From Nymphaea colorata (taxonomy: Eukaryota): a stretch of DNA of 64,000 bases. Shown here piece by piece: positions 32,073 through 44,680 of the stretch (its first letter is position 1; each line of letters opens with the position of its first letter). Location of the stretch: positions 2,728,001 through 2,792,000 of the forward strand of contig NC_045138.2 of assembly GCF_008831285.2 (NCBI RefSeq), written 5' to 3'. The position numbers and the translations under genes are program-made. The notes below the pieces were generated by a model, which saw only the letters and a list, made by a program, of their open reading frames with translations, was not told the DNA's origin and ran no database searches.

Positions 32073-35000
32073 TCAAATGATCATCAGCCTCCTCACCATC
32101 TTCGCAAAATCCCTGCAAATGTTTTTGGTGTGCAATCAAAAGAAGATCAGTTCCAACCATAGTTGCCACAAAAAAAAGTGTTTTTTTTCGAAGAAATGCA
32201 TACAAAATGCAATAACTAAGTCAGCCATTTAAAATTAAAAAAACGCTTTTCTTTTAAAAAAAGGCCAAAACAGTGTGCCTTTTCACGTTTTTTCCATTTT
32301 TTTTCATTTTAAGCATTTTTTTCATTTTTTTTAATGCCAAGCTGTTTATTTTCATATTCCCATTTCTATTTGTTGCTTGTTACTTATTTTTTTGATGTTT
32401 GTGTTATTACTTTCTCACTTATTTTTCCCTTTAATTTTTTAAAAGTGTACTGCATTTTCCCATTTTTTTCAAGCTCACCATATTATACCCAAGAGAAACC
32501 TCGCCGTCTAAAACAGAAAAACGTTTTTTGCGGCTATGGTTCCAACCAGCAACTTGACAGCAAGCCAGATACATGCAAAAAGTACTAGTCCTTCCACATG
32601 GGCTTAATTGGCACCTTGCCTGGTAAAAAAAGTCTACCACCAATGAAGGTAAACAAGTATTCAAGTTAATTTATTTGACCAAGTCATCAACTAAATATAT
32701 GAGTCTTAATTGTGGTACATATTCATTATGGACAAAAGTTTGTATTTCCTTTCATAACATATATTATGAAATTATCATCCGTTGCTTTTTTTTGTCTTAG
32801 ACATATCTATAAAATTTACTTAAGGAAAATATTGCAGATCTGAATAACGAATGACAATTGACAGGTAATTATCATTTGCTAGTTGGCTTACATCATTCAC
32901 ATAAACCTCACTCGAACGCCCGTATATCATGTTTTAGAAAGTAACATGAAAGCATTAACAATTTTAAAAATTTTTGTTAAATTCACTGCTCTTGAAGTTG
33001 GGTTTTCAGGTACGTAACATGTAGTAAAGCTTACTTAGAGCAAGATATTCAATAGTATCGGTTATTTTGAACTCTAGATATGTTAAAAGAATTATAAACC
33101 TTCGGCATACGAATCAGTAAGAATAGTTTCATGAAGCTCTTACCAAGTATACCTACTGAAGTTTACCCCTGAAGTCCTGTTTCTCGTAGAGGTATCTATG
33201 ATCCGTATAAGTGGTTCTTTAAAAATCATCATATAGTATGTAAGTTTTATAAAGATGTAAAAATGAAATGAACTAGAGTCTGAGTGTCCCTTTTTAAGAA
33301 GTAAGTCCTAATAAACATATCCATGAACTTGTGCAAAAACACTAAACAATATCAAATTTCAGTAATTATAAGTAAGCATATGTACACAAGAAAAGAAAAT
33401 ACAACATCAAGAAGCATCATGTCTGGTATGTTTTTTTTTTTTTGTGTGTGTGTGTGTGTGTCTTAAGCTCTGTCCAATCACGGCCACTGACATTGTATGG
33501 ATGTGATTAAGCACACTGCCCGATGCTGAGCGATATGCTATGCTATATATCAAGAGAGAGAGAGAGAGAGAGAGTACCTGAACGGCTGTTCGCCTGGCTG
33601 CCTCAAAGACCCAGTGCTTTCTCTATAGAACAAACGCTTGCACAACTGAGGTTCATCGATATCAAACATCAAGGACAATTTTTGATACAACTGCTCATAC
33701 GAGCAAAACGTGGAGAGGTCTAAGGCCCGCCCAGGGCTATCGCCCTCCTCTTCCTTGTAGACCTTACACACTCTACAGCCATTAGTGCTTGAGAACTCGT
33801 CCTGCCCATCCTCTGTTCCTATATGATGAAGCTGATCCGCTTCCAGTGGCTGCTGGTCCGACCATCCATGGTTGCTCAACTCGGTACACTCTGCAACTTG
33901 CTTTGTGATGGCAGCCGGGACACCAGCATATGGCATTCGGTTAGTCTCGATGTTCTGCTCAGTCCATATGGTCTTCCCAAATAGCTGAAGGAAGCAGCCG
34001 CCAGAACCCTTAGGCAAGCTCCTTGATTGCCTCTCGCCCCTATGATCAATTTCCAGATTCTGCACAGGGCTACAGCTCTCTGGCGATGACCATTCGGACT
34101 GGGAGAACCTGCATGTGCTGGAGGACCGGTCTGCGGATCCATAATTCCAGTTTGGGAAAGTGCTGCTGCTCCTGCCAAAATGACTGTCGGAAAATGAACG
34201 GTGGTGGGTCTTGATCAGTGTCGAGAAGTCGTGTAAAGTGCTCGGAAAAACCGAGTCATGCCTGGCTCCCTGCATGCCTGAGGGGGGGAAGCTGTTGTAG
34301 TTTATCAATGGTGGGATCAAGCAGCTCATCGCCGGATCGAGAGCTGCCATTGGAGAATAGGAAGTGCTGACGCCATCTGTCTCTGCTGCTGCTGGGTCAG
34401 GGCTCTCTAGGAATCTTGATTTCTTCTTCTGGAAGGATAACTGAGGAAGGGCAATCTGTGGCATGGTGGACACCATCTCAACCTCCCATGGGCTGACCCT
34501 CTTGACGTTAGGCAAGCTCTCTGGTTCGTCCCAAGTCACCTGACACACCAAATGGAGACATATGAACACTAGTAACTTGTGCTTCAAAGATCGTAACACC
34601 ATGGCATGTATAACATGGGGTATTCGTGTCCATGGAGATAGAGACGAAGAAAACTAAAATAAAATAAAACCCGTGTAAGCACAGTTGCAAACCCGAAGCA
34701 GTTATATATATATATCATGGTCCAGGACATGTTCGAGATAAATGACTCTTCTTCCATAATGGTAAAATTGGTATGAGCCAAAAAAAACATCCCTTGAGGG
34801 ATCATGATGAAAAATTATCAAAATACTGTTGTTGTCTAAATGGAAGACTTTTCTTCCATGAGGACAAAATTTGTATGAGTCAAAAAAATATCCATACAAA
34901 ATGACGACAATGTCCTCCAACTAAACTTTGAGAGCACGGTGTTAAGGTCAAAACATGAAAACCAACCTTTGAAGATCGACCGCTAGGAAACCAACGCAAA

Positions 35001-37302
35001 CTGCATAGTGCATTTGAGATTCATTTTACAATCAAAACCACTAATATGCATTAACTGAAAAAAATACCTGCTTTTCTAATTGCATAAAATCAATTAAAAC
35101 AACTCTTTTTAAATTGCATAATTTTAACTTTTCCCAAAACAATTGATTATTACAATGACTTTTGTCTGATATGGGCCTTATTTTGATGCCCAAATAAAAA
35201 CTGGGCTGCATAAGTTCCGACCTAACTTGACCTAGAATCAACCCATTCATAGACTAATAGTTCCAAGAAAATGTTATATTAGAAAATTCAAGTAAACATC
35301 GAAGTAAAACAACCAGAAAGACAAGTAATAACCAAACTAAGTTATCCGTGCACCACTTCTTTTGAAATAGAAATCTTAGAAAAATTAGACATATCCCTTT
35401 TTTAAAAAAATTACAAAAACTTGTCCTAGGAATAGGCATATAACAAGAATATCTAATTGTCCGAGCGGCATTTGATAACATGAACATTGCATTAATACTT
35501 CATGGATCTGTTCCCCTAATGCAGTGTTCCAATTACTAGCTTCCCCCTACTGGTCACATTTAGCTGCCCGAAAACTCACTTTTCCATTAAAGCTTATATT
35601 TTGAAGCAGAAAAAAAATCACAACAAAAAAAGGCTAAAACATTTTACGCTGCTATCCATTATTTTATAATAATCATGTCCAATAAATATCTTGGCATGCC
35701 TTTAATGAATTAACCAACAAATATTGTTTGTTTCACTTTTTCATGCTTTATTTTTTGAGAGAAAAAAAATCAGGAAAGAATCAAGATCATTAAATGCTTA
35801 CATTACATCCTACAAGTCAAGATATCTATAATAATAATTAACTATCGTTATTCAGGACTCGAAACATTTTTTTCGTAATCAAGAAAAAATTGTCTCACTT
35901 CTTCCCAAGCCCAACAGAGTGACTCTGCCTGCTTTGGATTTTTCTTCATGAACAATTGAAAAATCTTTTGTTATAACTTATAACAATTTATTTTAATTTT
36001 AAAATGACATTAGACCAAGTAAATACTTCCCATGAAAAGCTAATGACTTCGATTTCAATACCAATTTTAATCTCATATGATCTAATGATCAAAAACTTAT
36101 TCCCCCAGAATCTTGCTATAATTCATTACATTAATCAAATATTTTTTGTTCTTCAAGATGGTATTTTTGTCTCATGAGGAAAACAACAAATCAAACATAG
36201 GAAATAAATATAGAATGAAACAAAATATGAAAAGGAAAAGGAACAGGAAAGATGAAGAGAAATTTGGGGGATCCACCTGCAGAATCTTCCAAGGGGAGTT
36301 AGGCCAGGCAACAGGATCGGCGACGCTAACGGCTGCTATGGTGCCGGTGCACCAGCTCGTCTTCGAAGAGTCCTCTGTCTCCAGCGGAATCCGTACCTTC
36401 ATCCCTGCTGCCCAGCTTAGCTTCATCGCCTCCTCCACCAACTCTGCTCCCACGCAAAATTCCGGTGCTCCGGCCTTTGGATAGTACACAACTTCGAAGG
36501 AACGGTTGTCTGTTGCACGCGCTGCTGCCTCCTCCACCGCTGTGGCAGTGACCCTCCCCTTTCGGCGCCAGAACCCCTGCGGTAATGTCGATGATGACGA
36601 CTCTGCCTCTTCTAACATCCTCTGGCAGTCCTTAAACTGGGCGTTCCACTTCAGAGTCACCTCACCGCAGCTTGAGCCCCACGTCGTTCGTCGAACGCCA
36701 ACGAAGATCGCACCAGAGGCAGCCCTGATAAAGACGATCGAGTCTCCAGCAACGAGCTTCTTGCTATTGACGAACTTGCTCCACCCCGTGGTGAGGAGAT
36801 GGCGCCGTGGTGTTCCGCGGTAAATGTGGCGAAAGGCCCAAGTGGTGCCGTGCACATCTCGAACATTGATTGTTTGAACTGGCGGATCAGCGTCAAAGTT
36901 GAGCGGTGGGAAGATCGAGTCAGCACAAGCTCGTGGCACAGAGAAGCCACCACCGTTGTTCGCATCACTCTGGGTCAGAACCTTGGAGTAGGACACCACA
37001 GCAAGGCCGCAATCTGCCGCGTCGACTTCTGAACCGCTAGAGAAGCCAAGTGACGATGAAATGGGAGTCATGCTGAAGATGGCGAAGACCTCATCGGTTT
37101 CCCGGTTTGCACAGAAGCAAACGGAGTCGAGACGGCAAGGAACAACGGGAGGGCAGCCGGTGATGGATGGAGGGGAGGAGGCATGCTCGGCATGGCCCTG
37201 CGGGAAATAGTAAACCTTGGACTTCACTAGTGGAATCCTAACTGTCAATCCTCCACAAGCCCTCCAAATCTCATAATTCACACCATCTGTTGCGTCTTCC
37301 AT
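32073..37302 (-). CDS. ARF17: Auxin response factor, class C (ARF10/16/17 clade; ARF17-like N-terminus), about 675 aa, 3 coding exons
   Basis: Exons (-): 37302-36277, 34539-33578, 32112-32073 (GT-AG; total 2028 nt, in frame). B3 domain (KVLTQSDANNGGGFSVPR, FRHIYRGTPRRHLLTTGWSKFVN); ARF domain (FEVVYYP, WPNSPWKILQ/VTWDEPE, RVSPWEVE); miR160-site peptide GMQGARH; PB1-like C-terminus (CKVYKE...GRALDLS...QPFR/DFAKMVRRLMII). The symbol is tentative within the clade. Confidence 0.9.
34259..34279 (-). promoter_or_regulatory. miR160 target site in ARF exon 2
   Basis: The + strand reads TGCCTGGCTCCCTGCATGCCT versus canonical miR160 UGCCUGGCUCCCUGUAUGCCA. It differs at position 15 (a G:U wobble with the mRNA) and position 21. 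Confidence 0.95.
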
Positions 37303-38886
37303 CTCACTTTATCACGCCCGAGTCTGAATCTTGCTTTCATATATAAGGAAGGATTTACCCGAGCAACCTTCCATTTCGTCTTATTTGCAGAAGACCTACA
37401 TTCTGAAAAATTACAAAGACAAGTTCAGTTTAAAAAAGACCATGGCTACCTGAGCCCAGTAAGCACAGAACACTGTTTGTCATGGTAAATGACCAAGCTA
37501 CCTCTTGATGACCATAGTCAATTATATTACATTGAATCATCTACCCAAGGATTGTTAACTTAGTAGAGAAAAGCAATAGTAATAAGCAGTCATTAGAAAC
37601 TAGGTTTTCCTTTTACACGCATGTTTAGTTTCATATCTATTTTTGAAGACGGTCAGCAATTCTAGTTATAAGACGTATAAGAGCTGATCATATGAAACTC
37701 ATTAAACTGATTATCCAAAGCTGGTAAAAGAGTGTTACGGATTTTTTTGAAACCTGTTACTAGATCAATTATGAAACTTTCAATTGCATATAACGTTAGA
37801 AAAAATATACAATTTTTGAAACTCAGGCAAGGTGCAGTCCAGTTCAAATCTTTCACTAATTAATGTTTTCTAGTATTTTCTATCAACCATGATTTTACTA
37901 GTAGGACTGGGTTCAAAATTCTTTATCATATCCAACTTAAGTCATGCAATCGGCCTAGAGATTTATCATATTGCTTTATTATTGAAACAAAAAATCAGTT
38001 CTGATTCATCCATACATAACTTCTCCTTTAAATCTTGCTACCATATATGTAGAAAATAACAAAGGCCTTCTACCATTATAATGCTGCATAACTAAGAGAG
38101 AGAATGAACAAGTAGATGAATGGCATAATTGAACATCTATGTTATCACAGTTGCATGCATATGCATGTGCGAGCAAGGTCTGCACTTAGTTGCTTAGAAC
38201 CATAAAAGTCTTTTTTCAAGTAAATCTATGCTCATGCTAATAATTGATGCAAAAGTAGTCATGCATGCAGGAGAAATGATACATGTGATGCGACTAAGAA
38301 ACCAGAAACCAAATCATATCTCAAATAATAAAAACCAAGTAACCCCATAAACTAGGAAAATTAGTGTTAAAGAATTCTACATGCATGTTAAAGATCTCTT
38401 TTATTCAGTAAGAATAATGACACATGCAACTAATATTGCATAGTTCTTTCAAACAACGAATGAAACTTTAGAAGCAAAAAGGCTCTTACTCATGTTTAAG
38501 AAAAGACATAAGAACTATGATAAACAAATTCTCCATGAGAAAATTTTCAGTAGTTAAGCTTTGCCTGGAAGCTTGGATTCAATAGTACTTGGATCTAGAA
38601 ATTATTGCATGGGAAACTCATCACCCCAATCATAGGCACGCCTAAGATGTCATGCTATCTTGTGTAATTCTTCACTAACATATAAAATGGGCACCTCAAA
38701 AGGGTTGTTCAGCTGTAGGCACACTATGTTAATGTCCCGCTGATGGGGCAGATTCATAGCATACTAGTTCAAGTATTCCTGGCAGATTCATCAAACATTC
38801 GCATAATGTCGTTGCTATCAAATGACCTCCAAGGGAACAAGCAAGAAAGACTTCCCTACATTGAGTAATTAAGTAAAGATGCAATT

Positions 38887-41330
38887 TAGGGCTGCACAGG
38901 AGCTGAGTCAAGCTCGAGCTGCGCCCGGGATCATCTCAAACTCGAGTCGAGCTCAACTCGACTACACAACATCAAGCTCGAGCTCGATCTTGTGTAGTCG
39001 AATTGAGCTCGAGCTTGCTATGTGGAGCTCAACAAGAGCTCGAGCTCGACTCATTTAACTTGTGTAAGTCATTTAGTCATGTCGTTTAACTTAACTCATT
39101 TAACTCAACTCGTTTAACTTGTCAACTCGTTTAACTGGCTTCAAAATATATTTGTAGACAGTATTCAGCAATCAGTCGTCCTACTCCAATCTTCAAAAGA
39201 TTAAACAATTTCTATCTAAATATATGACTATTAAGTGTTTCATAGAAATAAGTCAATCAACCGAGTCCTTAATAGTTGTATATAAAAATTTGGTAAGAGA
39301 AAGAAAAAAGAACAGTCCTTTCATATTGATAGATAAGAAGATGATGCCTGCCAATACATTCTTATGAAACAGAAGCAGTTGGACATGATAAACTCCTGTG
39401 AATCTCCTTTTGACAGTAGAACCTAACACAATTGACAATCAGCACAAAAATTAAAATGTTAGCATAAAGAAAAAAAAAGCCATGATTCAATGTGCTTTCA
39501 CAAATTTGCAAATGAAGACATGTTCTAATCTAATAATATTGCCAATCAGGTTTAAAACAAAGTTCAAGGAAGTAGAAGAAGACCAATTCTAATACCATAT
39601 GTAACCAAACTAATTAGCAATAAAACTACACTGCTTATACTAACAAGCATAATACAACAAGTTTCAACCACACAAAAGTCCAAATCATCCTTTTTGGTGT
39701 ATCAGATGATTCATCCCTGACAAGAGCAGATAAACCACCAAGAAGCAAAAACCAGAGTTGAATACCACCATCATTGCAACTATAAAATATCATGATGAAA
39801 AACATTCAAACATGCACTTGAATAACAAAATAAAAAGATCATGCACTTGATATGAAAAAAAAAAAAACAGAACACAGATAACTGCAAGCTGAGCAAGGTC
39901 TTTCGATACCTCATCCACTAATGAAGCATATTCACGTGTGGCAGCTGGGGGAAAATGCATCCAAATCTGAAATCTCCCATGGCAATAATGATTTCCATTA
40001 GTATAACTTCCGCATCTCAGAAGCTAGGTCTACCCATCTGAACCATAAAAGATAAACACACTGAATGCGGGCGACCACAGAAACACACTATCAGAATCAA
40101 ATTTCTAACATAACAATACAACAGAAGACACCCAAGATACAAATAGTAACGTCTCTGTCACACTTCAATCCCATAAAATATTTCATGCATAACTCATACA
40201 TATATGATGATAGGAAGGCGGTTCCACTGTTTTACGTGAATGCACAAATAGCAAAAACATGCAGGATTAAACTCTTTAGCGGGACAAACTTTTCATTCTA
40301 TAAAAGAATCTGATCTTGTCCATGTCCCTACACTCCGGGACCAGGAGCATCCGATTATCCCATTTAAGAAGATTTGTCGTCATTCTATAGAACAGTAGAA
40401 CACCCACCATGCATTGCACGTTGCCTCCAGCTTCCCCACATGATATCCGCCCAATTCTTGGCATAATCGACTTTAAGAACAGTTATAGGGGCGAGCTAGT
40501 AGGCGAGCAAAGAACTGTTACCTTGAAGAGGAAACCTCCGACTTGCTAGACAGAATCCTTACAGGCAATGCTCCGGGTGGTCGGCCCAAACTGGAGGGAC
40601 CAAACGGAAGAACTGGGCGCAGACTGCAGGAACCAGGCAGAAGAGCTGGAGAATGCGCCACCCCTTTCCGGCCGAGGGCACTGTGTGAGAGAGAGAGAGT
40701 CAGAGATAGGAGAATGCGATGGTCGATGGGTGAGACGAAGAGAGAGGCGAATGCGATGGCCGATGGGTGAGACGAGAGTCTGAGAGAGACAGAGAGAGCG
40801 TGAGAGAGAGACGGGAAATGTTACATACCTGATACCAGCGGCCGTCCCGCGGAGCCCTGAAAGCACAGCTGCGGGAGACAGATGACGGGATGCTGGTGGA
40901 CCGGTGGCCGGATGGTGGTGCTGCCCTGTTGGTGTTCAGCGGCAAGGGTGGTCGACGGAAAAGAGAGAGAGAGAGATCGGTCCAAGAATCGAACGGAAGG
41001 GTTAAAGAAACGAATGGAACGGCTGCAAAATAACAGTGCAAAAATTTTTACCCTACACCGGTGAACCGGTTTGGGTAACTTCGTGAACCGCTTTCTTAAA
41101 ATAAACCGGTTTTCAATAGCGAACCGAGTCTGATTTAAACCAGTTCAGTTTTCGAAACTATAACTCCACTTATTTTTTATCGTTTCAAGTATTTGTGTCA
41201 GTTCAAGCTCAGCTCGATTATGACGGGTCGAGCTCGAGTCAAGGTTTTTGACTTCGAGTTAAGCTCGAGTTGACTTGACTCGTTATCAAGTTTTTTTGAG
41301 TTAAACCCGAGTTGACTTGACTCGTTATTG
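38887..41330. mobile_element. ~2.4-kb non-autonomous hAT-type element, right terminus apparently lost, carrying exon-like captured sequence
   Basis: Left TIR TAGGGCTGCACA (same family as the 44681-45105 MITE). GAGCTCGAG/CTCGAG subterminal arrays at 38900-39130 and 41200-41330. Similarity to the 21.1 and 31.5 kb paralogous regions stops at 38886. No matching right TIR or TSD found. Confidence 0.7.
39910..39989 (-). pseudogene. Decayed fragment resembling an extra-large G protein (XLG3-type) Galpha-domain exon end
   Basis: After removing a 7-bp and a 1-bp insertion, the minus strand reads IIAMGD-LDAF.PAATREYASLVDE followed by a GT donor (gtatcg). This closely matches the XLG motif IIAxGDLDAFFPAATREYAPLV(E/D)E as I recall it. 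Confidence 0.7.
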
Positions 41331-41998
41331 TATATGATTATGAGTGTTCTTACAGCCTCATTTTATTTCTTCCTTAGTGTTATAAGTTAACTTGATCCCA
41401 CATGTCCAAAAAAGTACTTAATCTTCCTATGTTAGTGTCTGCATTTATCATCGCGTTTATTCTTGTAGATCGGTTCGGCATGGTTAGATGAATTGCTTAA
41501 AACTCTTACTATTTAATGTTATCATACTCATCAATGCCGTTCTCTAAAAATGAAAGACCTTTTTTGTATCTGTTGTAAAGAAATTAAGGAACTGCCAATG
41601 TGACAGTTCCAACATTTTTAAACAATCACATCAAATATGTCAAGGATTAATTAGTGGCTTGTATCATGATTAAAAGTATTGGGGAAATATTACGCAACAT
41701 ATTAGGTGAAATAAGGAACATAACACTGGTAGGCGGTCAGTTTTTGTTTCGAACTCTCATATGTGTTGCAAAAAGAAAAGGACCTGAAGCACGACAAAGC
41801 AGCCCTGAACCCTATAGAGATAAAGAGAAGAGGGGGATGGCTTAGATCTTAGGGAGTCCAATGTGTACTGCATTATCATGTTAATAATTATCTTTTAATG
41901 GCATAAAATTGACTAAAATAACTGATTATTTAATTAAGGCATGAATTGTTTGTTACAATAAGCCCTGTCCGCTATGAGCCTCATTTACAAACTAGGAT

Positions 41999-42704
41999 TT
42001 CCAAAAAAATGTTATATCAGAAATTAAAGCACATATTGAAGTAAAACAACCAGAAAGGCAAATAATGACCAAACCAACTTATCCGTTGACCACTTTTTTT
42101 TTTAAAAAAAAAGGAAGAAACCTTAGAAAAATTAGACATCGTTTTTTTTGGCAAATTTACAAAAAGTAAAGTTGTCTGATGAATAGGCGTATAACAAGAA
42201 TATCTAAGTGTTGGAGGGGCATTTGCCCCCTAATGCCGTGTTCCTATTAGTAGGCTCCTCGTGTTCAAGAACTCACTTTTTCAATCAAGCTTTCACTATC
42301 TTCAAAAAAGAGACGGCAACAAAGTATTATTTTATAATAATCGTGTCCAATAAATATTCTGGCATGCCTTTAATTAAATAACCAACAAATACTTTTTTTT
42401 TCATTTTTTTATAAAAAAAATTGATGATAGAACCAAGTTCATTAAATGCTCACATTACTTCCTATAAGCCAGGATGATATAAAAAATGGTATATAATTTA
42501 CGTGTCGCTATTCAAGACTCAAAATATTTGTTCGTAATATTAAAATAGACAAGAAAAAACTGTCTCGTTTCTTCCCAAGCCCAAGAGAGTAACTCTACAT
42601 TAAAAATTGTTTTTTTCTAACAACCTATTTTATTTTAAATTAAATTAGAACAAGTAAACACTTATCATGGAAAGCTAACCGCTTGGATTTCAATACCGAT
42701 TTTG
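41999..42704. repeat. Diverged direct copy of part of ARF intron 1 (35262-36068)
   Basis: Collinear matches including gaagtaaaacaaccagaaag, ataacaagaatatcta, gtccaataaatat..tggcatgcctttaat, cttcttcccaagccca-like and gatttcaatacc.atttt in both places. Confidence 0.85.
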
Positions 42705-44680
42705 TAGGAAGAAAAATAGGAACCCGCCTTTAGTGGAAAACAATAATTTGTTAGATAATAAAAAAATAGTAATTTGTAAGAGACGATGCATGCTAACTAT
42801 CGGCTATCTTTAAAAATTCTACGTAGAAAAATTTAAGCCAAAAGTCGAGATTTAAAAAAAAATTGTAGCAAATATTTAAGACTGTGGTAAAAAAGGGATT
42901 ATGGTAGGTAAAATAAGATTGTGGTTTTACCAAGCAAAACAGAGGGGAACATATACACCATCTCAGTTCATTGGTTGGAGGAGTTGAAATCTTCCAACCA
43001 TCTAAATGTAAATTTTAGAAAATTTTACTTGTTTTATATAAAAATTTAAAAAAAATGATATTTTGCCTCGGTCAAACTTTAAAAACTTTATTTTGGCGCT
43101 CGTTATGAAAAATTTCTGGCTTTGCCACAGATGTTAGAGGATTCCCTCATCCGATGATCCTTTTAAGTGACTTGATTTGTGTTGGGCATGGTATCAATTT
43201 CCATAGGCTTCCCTTTGCGAGTGCTTTGTTCAACATTTCGCTTCGAGAGGTCCGCATTTGAAGACTTTCGCTCATGCACAGATAAGGGCAATTTGGTAAT
43301 TTCATGTGCTTAACTAGAGTTGTTTAATGTGGTTTTGAAAGCATGTTGTGTTAAGGCAAAGCCATTTCTTTGAAAAAAATTTTGTGGGCCGAGTGTCTTT
43401 TTTGTAATCTCTTTGAGATATTTACCGTTTCTTTGTTCTTAGGTCAAAAGCTTCGCATGTCTTTTTGCAGAGAAGATATGGTAGTTGTTTACCACAAATG
43501 AGGCATAAATATTCTTTTGTCATTATAAAACAAAAAATTTCTGGATATTTCAACGTCATTTTGGCAAACATTATGTGTGATTTCCACTTGTTTTGCTCAC
43601 AACCTATATAAACTTCGAAAATGTAGAACAACAATTTATGCCTAAAATCTATCACAATTACTTGTGGAAAAGCAACTAAAGGGAAAAAAAGTCACAAGCA
43701 AAGAGAAGGAAAACAAAAAATATACATGCGGATAATGAAAAAGAGAATCGAAAATTCATCATCGAAGTGGGTTTGATTCTCCTTAAGCCGTGTTTTGTAG
43801 TAGGAATGTGTAACGAGTGATTCAAGCTTGAGCTCAGCTAATTCAAGCTCGGCTCGAAGCACGTATTGCTTGACTCGAGCTTGACTAGTGTGTTTAAGCT
43901 AGTGTCACTTGATTCATATATAAAATGAAGATTAAAAACATGTGTTAAAATTCATCAAAAAATAACTATATCCCTCAAAATTAACAAATAGGGAAAAGAC
44001 ATGCCGAGTCGAGCTTTTGTAACTCGAACTTAACTTGTTTATAACTCGGGTTTAGTTCAAGTTGGAGTTCGACAGGTTTGTTAAACGAGTCAAGTTTACA
44101 CAGGTGAGTTCGGGTAAAACCGAAGTTGGCTAGACTTGTTGTGTCCCCCTATTTGGTAACAAGAATACTGTTTTCTAAACACTACATTCCAAAAGAACCC
44201 GACATTCCTTCTATCAAAAGCTCTATTGGTCATCTTGATTTGTGTTGATCTTATAGACACTCTAGCATATAAGCATAGGCATTGGGCTGGCCTTGCCAAG
44301 CCAGGCCAGATAAGGAGTCAGGTCGAGCCGGCCCGACACCCGAAACTTAGGTTCTGGAAGGGCTAGAAAGCGTGCCGTGTTAACTGTTAAGGCAAGACCA
44401 TTTTTTTTGGAAATTATTCTTGTAAACCGAGTGCCTTTTTGTAATTGATTGAGATATTTACCATTTTTTTGTGAATATATTAAAATCTTCACGTGTTTTT
44501 AACTTGAAAGATTTGAACCCTAGATTCCTTGGTGCTCAACATAGCACATTTGTTCCAATGAGCTAGTATTTGCACTTGCACCGTTGATCTTGTCTAATGA
44601 ATCTTCCCGCACCTTAATTTGCATTCTCGCCCTCGGTCCGTCAATTGGCCTTTGGGAGTCGTTTAAATAAAAGATCTCAC

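Noticed and set aside
34259..34279. MIR160 precursor gene on the + strand
   Set aside because: No star arm or hairpin is evident nearby. The match is fully explained as the target site in the antisense ARF exon.
36146..37032. Plus-strand ORFs overlapping ARF exon 1 (and those opposite neprosin exons)
   Set aside because: Antisense shadows of GC-rich coding exons.
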